A stretch of 64,000 bases of DNA from the NCBI GenBank assembly GCA_010093705.1, contig MU006089.1, forward strand, positions 3,064,061 to 3,128,060. Reading direction: 5' to 3'. The notes beneath the pieces were generated by a model. That model was given only the letters and a program-made list of their open reading frames with translations, was not told the origin of the DNA and searched no databases. Shown one piece after another: positions 1-12,468 of this stretch. The stretch's first letter is position 1. Every line of letters begins with the position of its first letter. Origin of the DNA: Patellaria atrata CBS 101060. Its lineage: Eukaryota. The position numbers were made by a program, and so were the translations under genes.

Positions 1-472
1 GCCCTCCCGACAAAGAACTACGGCATATGAATATCACTCATGGCCCGTGTGAGATACTTCTTCAGTGAAGGTGCTTGCATGGTGCTCTGAGAGCAAAGCG
101 GTCCGTATAGGACCCCTGATCCAGAGCCATGTTATCCGGTAGGTGGACGATATCCAGTATCCAGTGTTAGGGGAACAATCGAACCGTACACTCACTTTTT
201 TTTCAGCGCGGTGTGGAAGGGGGTTTTACATTAAAGGAAAGATGAGGGTTGTTAGGTGTGTGAGAGTAGAGTGTAGAGTGTTCGACTCACGTGGAGTATC
301 AAAAACAAAGAAAGAATCTTCTTAGATAGGGACGAGTGAGCCAAGATAAAAACAGCAAGGGGCAAGTGCTAAATTTCGCTGGTGGATAAGGACATAGTAT
401 AGAAAGTTAACATTTATTACTGTTCGAGTACACGAGGGTATCTTCAATCTTCCATCTTCCCCCACTCCCCTT

Positions 473-516
<44 letters not shown>

Positions 517-520
517 AAAA
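473..520. repeat. Homopolymer run, about C34 followed by A14
   Basis: Directly visible; lies just downstream of the stop of the minus-strand gene ending at 564. Length may be unreliable. Confidence 0.9.
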
Positions 521-563
521 AGGAAACACACACACACACATCTATAACCTACCCTCTATACCT

Positions 564-2221
564 CTACACCCCACCTCCCTCCCCAGGCCCCGTCCCAACC
601 GCCCTCATCCGCCTCCTCAACTCCTCCTCCTCCCGCTCCAACTCATCCATCTCGCGCAAAATGCCCCTCTGTCGCTCCACCCTCTCCCTCTCGGCCCTTA
701 ACCTCGCGACCTCCTGCGAATGTGTCGAGACGGGTTCCGGCGACGACGCCGCGGAGCGCCGGACGCCTGTGCTCGCCGGGGACTGTGGGGGACTGCGGCC
801 GGCATCCGAGAGGTTCAGCGCGCGGTTCGCGTCGATGGCGAAGGAGGAGGGCCGCGCGGGGCTCGGGGTCCGCGGGCCCGGATCTGGGTTTGTGATTATG
901 GGTGCGAGGATGGGGGCCGGGGTGGGGGAGTTGGGAGCGTGTTGGGGGAGCTCGATGATTCCTTCTGCGCGGTCGTGGGTGGGTTGTGCGTAAGTCCAGG
1001 CTGTGGAGGGGGCGCGGGTAGAGTGGTCGGGAGAGGTGGGGACGCCTGGCACCGGGGCGTATCCGTTGTATGGTTGTTGCTGCGGTGGCGGGGAGTGCTG
1101 TTGTGGAGGGTGGGATGACATGGGTGGTTGGCTTTGGCGCTGGGGAGACGGTTGACTGCCGGAGAGTAGGCCGGCGTTTTCCTGGCGTTGGGGCTGGTTC
1201 TGCGGGTAGTGGCCGTTCTGTTGGCCGTACGCTGTTGCGGCACCCCATTGGTTAGGTCCCGTGCTGGGTTTGGGGAAGGCGATGATCTCCGGTTGGTCCT
1301 CTGTTAGAATCTTCTTTCCTTTCCTGCGGCGGAGGAAGAAGAAAGCTAGGACTGCAAGGAGGGCTGCGACACCGAGAGCTGTGCCTACGCCTATGCCGGC
1401 TTTGGCACCGGTGGAGAGACCACTTGATGCCGCAGCTTCAGTCGGAGAGGGGTCTCCGGTACGAGAGGGTATCGATGAGGTCACGGAAGTCTGGGGTTCA
1501 GAGGTCGATCTGGTGGAATCAAGAGTGCTGGCGTCGGTCGTAGGTGTGGCGGTGATACTCATCAAAGACATGACATCGGTGTCGGTGTTTTCATACATGA
1601 TAACGACGCCATTGTTCTCGAGGTAATTAAAGCCTGTCTGAGTGCCGGGGGCATAGTCTGTTATGTTGTTCAAGTCGGCGCCAGTCGCGATATTGATATC
1701 TGTATCTGTTATCCACACGCTGGGGAGAGTTCTCGTCACGGTGCTCGTGCAGATCGTATTGAAGGACCCAAGAGAGAAGCATTTATATCCTCTTCAAGAG
1801 TTTTGTAAGTAGCAATATTCCTCCAGGTTGGGGTTCGAGCGTGGACATACAATTGACAACAAATAGAAACTGTAGCGTCGGGCCTCTCTTGTTGAAATAG
1901 AGGATTTCCAGTGCAAGCTGGAAAATAACCAGCAGGACATGCGCCTGGGGAATAATAGCCATTTGCCGGATTGAAGGTACTCGCGGTAGCTTCTGGTAAA
2001 CACGATGGATCACCCCAGCTCGATTTCCCTCTAGATCCAGAGGATGTGAAAGTGTCACGGTATCCCACGAAGAAATTGTTCGCCCAATCATTTCTGGTGG
2101 AGATAACGGTAACGATATCAGTACATGTTTCTGGAGGGGTAAATATGGTGGTCAAAGGACCTATGTTTGTGACGACTGCACCAGGAGGTATTGATACAGT
2201 ATTCGTGACTTGAGAGCCCAT
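564..2221 (-). CDS. Single-pass membrane protein, Mid2/WSC-like architecture (Cys-containing N-terminal domain, Ser/Thr stalk, TM, Pro/Gln tail), ~532 aa
   Basis: Joins ORFs 1736-2221 and 564-1739 through intron 1792-1850 (GTATGT...GAAG), giving CCQL|GYKC. Motifs GPLTTIFTPP, YYSPGACPAGY and TM GLSTGAKAGIGVGTALGVAALLAVLAFFFLRRRK. Confidence 0.8.
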
Positions 2222-3924
2222 GGTGATAGGGGTAAGGATGAGGTATAATTTGTACTATACAACGAGTAACACAGAGACATATCAGAAAAATAGATTGGCA
2301 AGTAGGTGTCAATAGTAATTGCGAAGAGACAAGAGAGATGAGATTATTACTTTTGTAAATAAGATACTGGTGATGTAGTGCAGGGCTCAGCCATCGCGCG
2401 TGAACTCCTGCCTGGATATCAACCTATGTGATGTCTCCGCAGGACGGAAACCTTGTAGTGAGGAAGTGTCAGTTAGAGCTTGATTCGCATTTATATTCCT
2501 TAGTGTCAGATGATGTTACTATTTGTATGCTAGACTCGACATTTACAGACGTTACTCCGTAAAGTAGTGAGGATCGCCCAATAAGGCCCTCATAGATGTG
2601 CAAGGCTTGCGGCGGTGCAGGATAGTTGTTGATAGGTATAGTTGGGGGCCAAACGATGGTAACTTTGAGCATATCGCAACGCTCCATTTGAAACGTAAAA
2701 AGGTAGTACAGTCTGTCTGGACGGGAGAATAATAGATGAAAATGTTTGATTGATGTCTCTGTCAAATTTGCTTGTCGGCGTGGCCTCGCTTCGTTGGAGT
2801 GGTCGCAGCATGGTGTACTGTACCCCGTAACATTCATGCAACCCACTGGCAAAGGAATCATGAATCTCACTTTTGTGATCCAACATCCTGGGGATTTTGA
2901 CGGCAAGTTGCACCGCCTACTGAGGTATTGACTGTCGAAAAGAGAACACCACACGTGCATTTCGAGTTTTGGGGGCTAGATATACGGTAATAACTTTACC
3001 ACTCAATTCGAGGCGTTGAATTTCTCGCAAGTATGTATGTGAAAATGGAAGGGTAAGCATATCTGGCTATCCCAACCAAAGATCATCTGTTTGGATACTA
3101 CCGATCAGAGCCAAGGTAAGCTTTACTGATGTTAATATACCTTCTCCATAGAGATCCCCGAGTAGATTTGATACCAAAATCCCGGGTTCAACTTCAAGAG
3201 AGAATTTATGAGCCCGACATTATGGAACCTGGAACACATGGAAGATGCGAAGATTTGATCCTTTCATTTTTCGAAATGTGGTTGTACATTCGTAATTTGT
3301 TCCTTTGTACCTCGTCGAACCAGAAGATATCAGTCTGCAACTCTGCCACTGAATGATGCAGTTCGCAGATAGCCGTTTCCCTGTCAAGCCACTCCTAGCT
3401 TACTGCACTCTTAGTCTTGAAGATTGCTTCCAATTTCGCCGCGGGAATCAAGCCAGACTGCAAGATGTATGTACATCAACACCATATAAATTCGAAGAGC
3501 CAACGGTACTCCAAGTCGAGGGACCGCGAGTGAGCGTAGCACATCGACGAAGGAAGTGCGTACTTTGATAAAGGAATGAAAAAAAAAATCAATATCCACC
3601 AGGGCAAGTTGATATGATTCAGGTTCAAACCTCCCATTTTCGAAGGTATATGCCCCACGAACATAAGACTATCAATCCAAACATCCGATATATTTACATT
3701 GGCCTGGTTATGAATCGACGTAACACAAATCTCGCCTACACCGCAAAGAAGCAGTATTTGGAAGTTGATGTCGTCTTTCATGAAACATATGTTGTATGCA
3801 CAATGGGAAACCGTGCCCTCGGATATCAATCCTGTGCGGCGCTCGAGAACTCTAATGTATAAAACTACTGACCCAATCAGTATTGTCTATTAAGACCCGG
3901 TATAAACATGAACACAGCATATCC

Positions 3925-4511
3925 CTAACCACCGAGTATGCTCACCTCCCGGACGTCACCCGCTATTCTGTTGCGGCCCAATTGCGCCTGTTTTGTGGTG
4001 GGAATCTTCCAGTTATTCACGCTCCACCACCATCTTCTTAGCCTTGCTCCAACATTATGTCCACTGAACTTGCTGTCCCGGTGCCAGAAATGCCATCCAC
4101 TGACAAGGAGGGTCCAGAGCGTTCCTTGTAGTAGAGGAAGAAACACCTGTCCCAGAATTAGCAATGTGTGTCTCGAACTCAGGACGGAGATCATCTGTAT
4201 ACCTGATCTCTGACAGTTATGTATAACACCGGTCCCCAACCCTCGGCCTGCTCAATACTCTTCAAATAGCTTTGTTCAAATCTAAGATCCGGTAGAGGAG
4301 GTAGATTGGTTTTCCGTGGAATTGGTTGTAACACGGATACTGGTATTTCGTCGTCTGCTACATCGGACGACGCTGGGGAAGATGCGATTGTGACAGGTTC
4401 TTTCTTGCTAGCTGAAGATGACGGATTTAAGTCGTGTGCTGGATCAGGATTCCGCTGTATGGATGCGCTCTGAATTGCTGAAGCGATCTCGACACCTGGA
4501 TTATTTGACAT
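3925..4511 (-). CDS. DUF1770-like fungal protein
   Basis: ATG 4511 (MSNNPG); motif PPLPDLRFEQSYLKSIE; intron 4147-4202 (GTATAC...CTAAT...CAG) joins RDQ|VFLPLLQG; C-terminal GARLRRWWW. Confidence 0.8.
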
Positions 4512-4758
4512 TGTTGACGATGATTGAAATATAATGATCTGTATGTAGTCGGACAAAGTTGGTGATATCCGATCTAGAACTGGAAGCCCAGAAGGGTTTG
4601 GCGGAACAACGTTTGGCCCTTCCCCCCCGTCCAAGAAGGATCGTGGGGCAAACACTTCACCAGGCATCGAAAGCAGCCGTACAAGGAAATTCTTTTTTTA
4701 AGCAGAGCAAGACTCTGCCCACCTACAACCTAAATTATTCATACATTCCGTTTTCAAG

Positions 4759-5406
4759 ATGGGGAACGCCAACTCCGCTATGCTCGAGAACATCGTTCAA
4801 GGCTCGAATTGTAAGAGCAATGCTTCAACTCTCCAAGATCATGAGCTGTCAAACAAGAAACTAACCATGTATAGTCGACCGCGATGAAGTAGACAGGCTG
4901 CGAAAGCGGTTTATGAAGCTAGATAAAGTAATTTCCAACCCTAGTACCTTAGTCTGAGAGTATAACTCTAAGAGACCCTCGCATAGGACAACTCAGGTAC
5001 CATCGAGCGCGACGAGTTCCTCTCCCTCCCACAAGTCTCTTCCAATCCCCTTGCAACCCGAATGATTGCTATCTTCGACGAGGATGGCGGTGGCGATGTC
5101 GACTTCCAAGAATTCGTTTCAGGCCTGAGCGCATTCAGCTCCAAGGGAAACAAGGACGAGAAGCTGAAGTTTGCGTTCAAAGTCTATGACATTGACCGGG
5201 ACGGATTTATCAGCAACGGAGAGCTCTTCATCGTGCTAAAGATGATGGTGGGAAGCAATCTGAAGGACCAACAGTTACAACAGATTGTAGACAAGACAAT
5301 CATGGAGGCAGACCAAGACAAGGACGGCAAAATCAGTTTTGAGGAGTTCAAGAAGATGGTGGAGAACACCGATGTATCAATGAGTATGACCTTGGATCAA
5401 TTCTAA
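4759..5406 (+). CDS. CNB1: Calcineurin regulatory subunit B
   Basis: Exons 4759-4810, 4874-4927, 4987-5406. MGN myristoylation-type start, [18 protein letters not shown], four EF-hands ([36 protein letters not shown]), C-terminal SMSMTLDQF. Confidence 0.97.
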
Positions 5407-6041
5407 GCGGTACGGTATGGACTGGTACTTGGATTTCATCTGTTATCCTGGGAGCATGGCGTTTGGGAGTGCACCACAAGCTTCGACTGGCTTATTGTTC
5501 TGGGTATTGAAAGGCATGGCGGATACCACGATAGCACTAATGGCTATACATTTCTAGAGTTTGCACTGTAATCAGAGCTTCTCTGTAATTTCTACTGTGA
5601 AGATTCGACCTTTTCTAGTACTTCAAGCCGTCTTTGAATAAGATGATATGTGACCCTATGGCCCCTATTAAAGTGACATCCCCATCCCCTTTTTGTCCAT
5701 CACGGGTAGTTCTAATTTTGATGTCGGACTTCGATGAGACCACTCAGTTACGATCAACAAAGTTTACCAGCTGAACCTTTCAGCCCTTCTAAAAAAAATT
5801 ACTTCCATATCCCTAATTACCTTATACCTCGTAATTTTCAATTGTGGCAAGTAATAGGGACCTTACCAAACTTTCTCCTGATCTGCGCCACCAAAATTAG
5901 ACTAGAACTAGTTGCCCTACGGACGGAGCACGTATCCAACAACATCAATCTGAAATTTCGTGCTATACACCCTATCGCAGCGAATCTCTCCTCCCCCTAA
6001 CGACATGTAAATATACATCTTCAGGTTTTCATGTTCAAATC

Positions 6042-7244
6042 ATGCGCAGTTTTACGAGGAGGGCGCCTCTTCTGTTCGTGCTACCCATATGCCTCTTCGT
6101 TGCCATAGCGGTATCATTATGGGCCTCACCCATACCGCAACGAGTCCATCAACACTATCTCGGTATCCTGCCAATCGATCATAGCGATAAAGCTGTTTCT
6201 AGTGGTCCCAATGGTGCGATATTAAGAGATCTCGCGACGAATAGAACCCTGGGCGTAAGACCTCGTCTATCTTGCGTCACCACCATCGTCCACTAACATT
6301 TCTCCAACCTCCAGTTCCAAGCGATACTCGCACTTACCCGCAAAACCCCATGGCGTTTCGACGGTCTGAATGCAGCGGCGAACCTAACCGGCCTCGACAT
6401 CCTCGCGCCCGACCAACGCGGCGTTTCGGAAGAGCGCATGCTCGAATTCATCAACAAAGCCGATTTCCACCCCGGCAACGGCTCCGCCATCGCCTGGCTC
6501 TCCCACCTCGACCTGCTCGAACACATCATAGACCAGAACTACCAAACGGCGCTCATCCTCGAAGACGACGTCGACTGGGACGTCACTATCAAAGACCAGA
6601 TGCGCAAAGTGTCAGAAGGCGTCCGAGCCCTGCTCCCCTCCCCACCTCCCGCAGAACCAGGAAACCACACTTTCCCCGCCCCCTACGGGATGGACTGGGA
6701 TGTTTTGTGGATCGGAAACTGCGGGGAGAACGTCGCGGACGCAATGCCAACCCTGAAGCAGAAAAACGCAACCATAAAGGCCTGGTACGATTCCACCGTG
6801 ATCCCGCACGAACTCTACAAAGGCTGGGCCCACAACAGCGTCCTTCAGCTCCCCAAAGGCACACGCGCCGCCCTCAAAGCCAAGGGCCCCGTCTGCACCT
6901 TCGCCTACGCCGTCACGTTCGAGGGGGCCAAGAAACTGCACGAGTTCGGCTCCACGGCCGGCGATCAGGCTTTCGATGTCAAGCTGCAGCGTCTGTGTTC
7001 GGGGGAGACGAAGAAATTGGAGTGCGTGACCGTGATCCCGGAGGTGTTTCACGAGTACAAACCTAAAATGCCGGAAGGCACGTCGAGTAGTGAGATTAAT
7101 GTTCTGAATCGGCCGAATAAGCTCCAAGCGGCGGGTGAGGAGGATGAAATTAAGATGGGCTACACGCAGAATATTGTCGACAGTGCGAGGTGTAAGGCGG
7201 TGTATAATATGACGTGCTCGGAGAACGAAAAGAAGGCGACGTGA
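6042..7244 (+). CDS. Glycosyltransferase family 25-like protein
   Basis: Exons 6042-6254 and 6315-7244 (GTAAGA...CTAAC...CAG). N-terminal signal anchor; motifs WLSHLDLL, ALILEDDVDWD, WDVLWIGNC, PVCTFAYAVT. Confidence 0.82.
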
Positions 7245-7534
7245 TGACTTTGTGCATATGAGAGATGGATGTGGATACTCACCAGGCGTTTGGGATTAGA
7301 ATGTCGTTGGAACATAGATGTATATTATCTTACTTTACATATATATACCAAAACTCGCGTCGTTATTATCAAAAGCTCACTTCTTTAAGCTCACACCATG
7401 ATTCGTTGTGAAGAAATATAGTTTATTGACGATACTCCGCGCTATGCCAGAAACTTGAAAGTGTAGCTCTCCAAATAATGCCCAAAGTTTTCAAACACCT
7501 GCAATGCTGCGCTCCTTTGACCTTGAAATGATGT

Positions 7535-8199
7535 AAACAGAAAAGTTGTCCTCTTAAGAAATGCAGAACCCCATGACCCATAACTCCGATTCCTGCCAAT
7601 TTGGTCATACCAGTCCAATGCCATCCGTGGTATAATGCAAGTCCTTTTCCCAAAACAATTGTGATAACCGTAAAGAANNNNNNNNNNNNNNNNNNNNNNN
7701 NNNNNNNNNNNNNNNNNNNNNNNNNNNNNNNNNNNNNNNNNNNNNNNNNNNNNNNNNNNNNNNNNNNNNNNNNNNNNAAAAAAAAAAACCTCATAGAACA
7801 ACTGTGATAACCCTGATAACCATAAAGAGCCGCCTTTGTACATCGAAAAAAAAACAGAAAACCTTCCCAGTCGTAATCTAATGCAAAATCACCGTCCATA
7901 ACTCCAATTCCTGCTAATTTGGTATTACCAGTCTGATGCAACCAGGGGTATGATGCAAGTGTAAAAAAAATGTTTTGGGAACAAGAGTAACAGAAAAATC
8001 ATCCCAGTCGTAGGACTAACGAAATGGAAACCCCATAGGCCATAAACTCCAATTTTCTTGCCAGTTTGATAATACCCGTGCAATGACATCCGGGGTATAA
8101 TGCAAATACTTTTGATACAATGATGATGAAAAACCCGTAAAGAAACACTGTGAAAAAGGACCATAGGGAAAACATAACTCCAGCCAATCTTGATATAAT
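7535..8199. repeat. Degenerate ~110-120 nt direct repeat, three full copies and one partial, spanning an assembly gap
   Basis: Core CATAACTCC-RATT...TGCYARTTTG...TACC...ATG...GGTATRATGCAA at ~7535-7642, ~7852-7960, ~7988-8107; partial at 8173-8199. Confidence 0.8.
7678..7777. other. Assembly gap (100 N)
   Basis: Run of N. Confidence 1.
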
Positions 8200-8266
8200 C
8201 ATAGCAAAACTTCTTTTCTAATGCAACACCATGAGGACGTTCAAATCGATTTCTGATTCTGAGGGA

Positions 8267-8881
8267 TCAATCTCGCCTCTCTTGAGACCCATCCCAGTTA
8301 ATCATGTTTATTAACCATTCGCTGTCAGGCATATCTTCTTCTATAGTATCAGTAGTAGTTTGAGGAGCATTCCAATAGGATGTGTTGTCGTTAGCATCAA
8401 TCGGATCAGGAGCAGCAGGATGAGGAGGACTCAAGTGACCAGCATCCCTATAAAAAGTGCTGTTTACATTTCCTGCTCCGGGAAAAGGACCCGCAAAGGC
8501 GCCGGTACCGGTGCCATAATCTGTCACTGTGAAAGAACTATCTAAATTGTTGCGCGGTATGTTTAACAGAGGATCGTCGGTGGGTTCCCCATAGTAGGTT
8601 TGATTGAAATTCCCTCTGCTAGAGAATGCGCCGTTGTTGTCGGTGCCATAGGCCGACCCCGTGAAAGAATTGATCCAATTGCTCCCTAAGCCGTGTACTA
8701 GAGGGTCGTAGGTGAAGTTATCAGGTCCCCCATCGAATGTGCTATTGGGAGTTCCAGTATCGGGAAATGGGCTAGCAAATGCGCCTGTGGCAGTCCCATA
8801 AGACTCTCCCGTAAAAGCACCACCCAAATCATGGCCTAAGCCGTTTTCGGCAGAAATCATGATCAGGCTCTCCATCGGCAT
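8267..8881 (-). CDS. Gly/Asn/Phe-rich repeat ORF, probably the C-terminal part of the 8829-12468 gene
   Basis: Part of a 213-aa ORF with three ~45-50 aa imperfect repeats (FTGESYGTATGAF / FTGSAYGTDNNGAF / FTVTDYGTGTGAF). It overlaps the upstream ORF end in another frame, and the link is unresolved. Confidence 0.5.
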   Translation of the reverse strand: MPMESLIMISAENGLGHDLGGAFTGESYGTATGAFASPFPDTGTPNSTFDGGPDNFTYDPLVHGLGSNWINSFTGSAYGTDNNGAFSSRGNFNQTYYGEPTDDPLLNIPRNNLDSSFTVTDYGTGTGAFAGPFPGAGNVNSTFYRDAGHLSPPHPAAPDPIDANDNTSYWNAPQTTTDTIEEDMPDSEWLINMINWDGSQERRD

Positions 8882-11800
8882 CTGTGTCTGAGTCCGAACT
8901 TTCGACATCTTTAGTAGCAGACCTTTCTTCGGCTCTCACCTGCTGGAGTTTCCACGTACGGTAGTGAATGCGATTTTCTTTCGGCAACGATAACATTTCT
9001 TTAGTCCATTTGGATTTGAAATCTCTCGCGTGGGACCATTTATTCTCTTCTGCTACTCCAAGTCGAGTGTCTTCGCCAACACTCGCCATAAGCTTCCCAA
9101 TATCAATATCGCTGTTGGGCGCGCCGCAGAAATTGCTGCTGCGTTTGAGGGCGGACTTGATGGCTCCCTTCACGGTGGACTTGCTGCAAGTGTCGCCTTT
9201 GGTCTGGCTTTTGGTGTGAATTGACTCTCCGTTAAATTTGACCAACTCGAACTTTCTATCAAATGCGACCTTTCGTCTACGGTCATCTCTGGGCTCCGGG
9301 ATTTCTCTGAAGAAATTCTCATTAACGTCGTACAATGTCGGAATATCGAGCTCCGACTTGCGGCATGAGGCGGTAATAACTTCCTTCGAGGGGCCAGTCC
9401 GCGCCGTCCTCCTTTGGTGCCCACTATTGGTGCTGGAAGCCGCGTCGATGTCTGATTCCTCGTCGCTGCTGGACCAGTAGTCGTCGCTGAACCTTTCGTT
9501 TTTAATGTTTTCATTCCTTGTGAGAGTGCTCGAAAGGCCACCATAAATACCGATATCCGAACTACCATCCGAAGTACCTTCAATGATAGCAGATGTATGA
9601 TTATTTTCATTATTATCAAAATCAATGCTGTCATCCACTGTGCCAATGTTTTCAGCGCTGGGAGAGTTGATATTATCATCGCCGACGGTATTTGAAAAAC
9701 CAGTAGGATTCATCTCGTCCACATTGGGAGCATCCGGAAGTTCGTCCATGGCGGCAGCTCCATTCGTGCCATCTTGATTGATGGCATCAATGATCGTAAT
9801 ATTTTGACCCGTCTCGGTGATTTGAGACGCTTCATCATCCACCTCAATCTTGTCCCATTCCTCATTCATAGCTTCATCGAGGCCTTCGCAATCATCATTA
9901 TCATCGACCTCGGGACCTTGAGACTTATGAACGGCAGGAGTTTCGCTGGTTTGAGATGCTTCATGTTGTGCCCCAATATTTTCCCATTCCTCATTCATCA
10001 TAGGTGCATCTAACATATTGCAGTCAACATCACTGTCGACCTTGGCAGCTGGAGACCTATCGTCGTCGTCGTCATCATCATCCGAATCATCGGAATCACT
10101 GGAGTTCGTATGATCAGCACCGCACGCATTATCAGCATTATCCGAATCGTTCGAATCATCCGAATCGCTGAAGTTATCAGAATCGCTGGAGGACTCAGAG
10201 TCTTCATCGCTCACTTCCCTATCCAGGAACTCAGACGTCATAGCCTCATCTAAGTCTAATACCCTGCCAGTGTAGCACCATTCTTTTTCGAGACATTGTT
10301 CATCTTCGGAGCTCTCATCACCTTGAAATATCCCGTTGACTTTGAACTTTTCATGGATATGGTAGTGACACCATTTAGACTTATCCATGTATGCCCACTT
10401 CTTGTTCTTTGCCGCAAACCCTCCGAGACTTCGGAATAATAATCTATTTTCTTGAAGGAATTCAATGCATGGTCCATCCGAATTGCCCTTTTGGACAATT
10501 CGGGCATCGCCAGCTGTACTCATATCAAGTATCAGCCGACGGAGAGGTGTGCACCTATCACTCAACTTGTAGATCATATTAAGGTGCTCACATGTGAGAC
10601 TGTTACCTCCAGCAAGTGCAGAAATGATCAAGTCTATGATCTGGTCACAAAAATTTGCTGTTCTGAAGAACTCACCCAGGCAGTACAACCTGAAAAGCTG
10701 AGGGATATTCATCTGATAACCTAGTTAGGAGAAATGTTAGTGCAGTTTCATAGATGAGGTCGATTTGTCTCTTACTTTTGAGCTCGCTCCTAGGAGGATT
10801 CCTAGAAGCGCTAATGTTGGCGCAGGCCCAACGGTACCAAAGCTTGAATACATCGAGGTAATCGAGTAATTCAGGAAATGTGAACTTGTCGTAGACAATG
10901 TTATTGGGTCCAAGGAAAAGGCGATACAGGCAATCAAGCCGCTTGATTTCTCTGGGGAAAAAGGTCAACTTATGTGTACCGTACACATCTGGACGGAAAA
11001 ACAAGGTGAACTTAGGAGAAGTTTTATTGGTAACCTCAAAAGCAGGATATTTGATCTCACTAATACAGAGGTTAGTTGTTTGATAGGCATCACTAAGGTT
11101 TTCTTGAACGTACTTTGCTTGAGACCTTGGTTCACTTCGAAGCAAAGGCGCCGCGTTGTCCGTCCCCAAAGTATTTTGAGTTGCTGCGTTTGTGGATTGA
11201 TTGGTTGAGCTCTTGTTAACACTGCGCTGTGGAACAAGAGGCGGCTGGCTACGGTCGAAGGCGTTGTCGAAGGTGTCATCAGAATTCGTCGTAGTCGCGT
11301 CTTTTCCACACTTTGAAGTTGCCTCCAGTGCATCTTTCAATACCGCGGCAGTGAGATTCGTTGAAACAAAAGACTCTTCTAGTCCATTGGTAGTGGGGAT
11401 CTCATTTCTACCAGTTTGTTCGGAAACCTCTACAGTTGGGATTTCTGCAGAAGAAGCGGAGGAAATGGGGGGGTTTTCCGCAAATTCTTCTCTCTTATCC
11501 TCTTGTAGATGGACCTGCTTGACTCTCTTACCCTTTGGTTTGGTATCCTTGCTGGAAGCATCGACAGCGTCTTGTTCTAGAGGAGACGTCTTCCGTTTCT
11601 TTGTAATCTTTGAAACAGGCGCCAAATCATCCTGCGAAGGTTTCATCGCGAGCTTTGCTGGGGTCTCTAGAGGTGTGGAATCTTTCTTCGAACCCTTTTT
11701 CGCAGGCGTCTCTGGCAGTGGGGAGGCATCTTTTGAACCCTTCTTTGCGGGTTTTGCTGGTTTTGTCAGAGGTGTGGAATCCTTCTTCGCATCCTTCCTC

Positions 11801-12468
11801 CCAAGCGTTTCTGATAGCGGAGAAGGTTCTTTTGATCCCTTCTTTGCAGATTTCGCTGGTTTCGCTACTGGCGTGGAATCGTTCTTCGAACCCTTCTTAG
11901 CAGGCTTTTCTGACGGTGGGGAGGCATCTTTTGAACCCTTCTTTGCGGGCTGCGCTGCCTTTGCTTCAGGTGTGGAATCCTTCTTCGACCCCTTCTTAGC
12001 AGGCTTCGCAACCGGCGCCCAATTCTTCTTTGATGCTTTCTTTGCAGGTATGGTTTCCTGCTCTTCACCAACGGCCGACAATCTTGGTTTCTTCTTTGCT
12101 CCGCCCTTCTTGGCGGTGGCGCCTGTGGCTGCTGCTGAAGATTCCGGGACTGGGCTCGCGCTCGCAGACTTAGCTAACCTTGTGGGTTGAGTCCTTATGA
12201 ACTCTGGCTCATTGATGATGGCACGCGAAGGACTTCTGCTCGGCGTCTTCGTACTCCTTGAGGATTGAGGCATGATTGTGCCTGGGTTATCAGTTACATA
12301 TGCAGCAGGTGGAGGAGGAGGTGTTTCCTTCTTCTGCTTCTTTGGGTTTGGCTCCGCAGCTGGGTTTCGAACACCAGGTTCTGGTGTATTCCTCTTTACG
12401 CCGCGCTTTGGTGTTTGGCTACCCTCAGGAGCGGACGACTTGGAAGGCTTACTCTTACGAGAAGTCAT
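8829..12468 (-). CDS. Large low-complexity protein: Lys-rich repeat N-terminus, fungal BTB/POZ-like domain, acidic tail (~1190 aa)
   Basis: ORFs 10672-12468 and 8829-10712 join through intron 10721-10775 (GTAAGA...CTAAC...TAG), giving ELKS|YQMNIP. BTB-like pattern FPELLDYLDVFKLWYRW...LYCLGEFF...IYKLSDRCTPLRRLILD...CHYHIH. Confidence 0.7.
11650..12050 (-). repeat. Coding tandem repeat of alternating 15/18-aa PAKKGSK-D-S/T-P units (~99 nt higher-order period)
   Basis: Eight to nine units visible in the translation and as recurring GAACCCTTCTTTGC/GGTGTGGAATC in the DNA. Confidence 0.9.

Noticed and set aside
2469..3862. Cluster of short ORFs as a gene or pseudogene
   Set aside because: No recognisable motif or consistent splice model.
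7535..8199. CRISPR-like array
   Set aside because: Units are ~110 nt and highly degenerate, spacing is irregular, there are no cas genes, and the context is eukaryotic.
11201..12190. 329-aa plus-strand ORF (also 36561-37394 +, 40797-41654 -, 6272-7066 +)
   Set aside because: Antisense or alternate-frame shadows of well-supported genes with biased composition.
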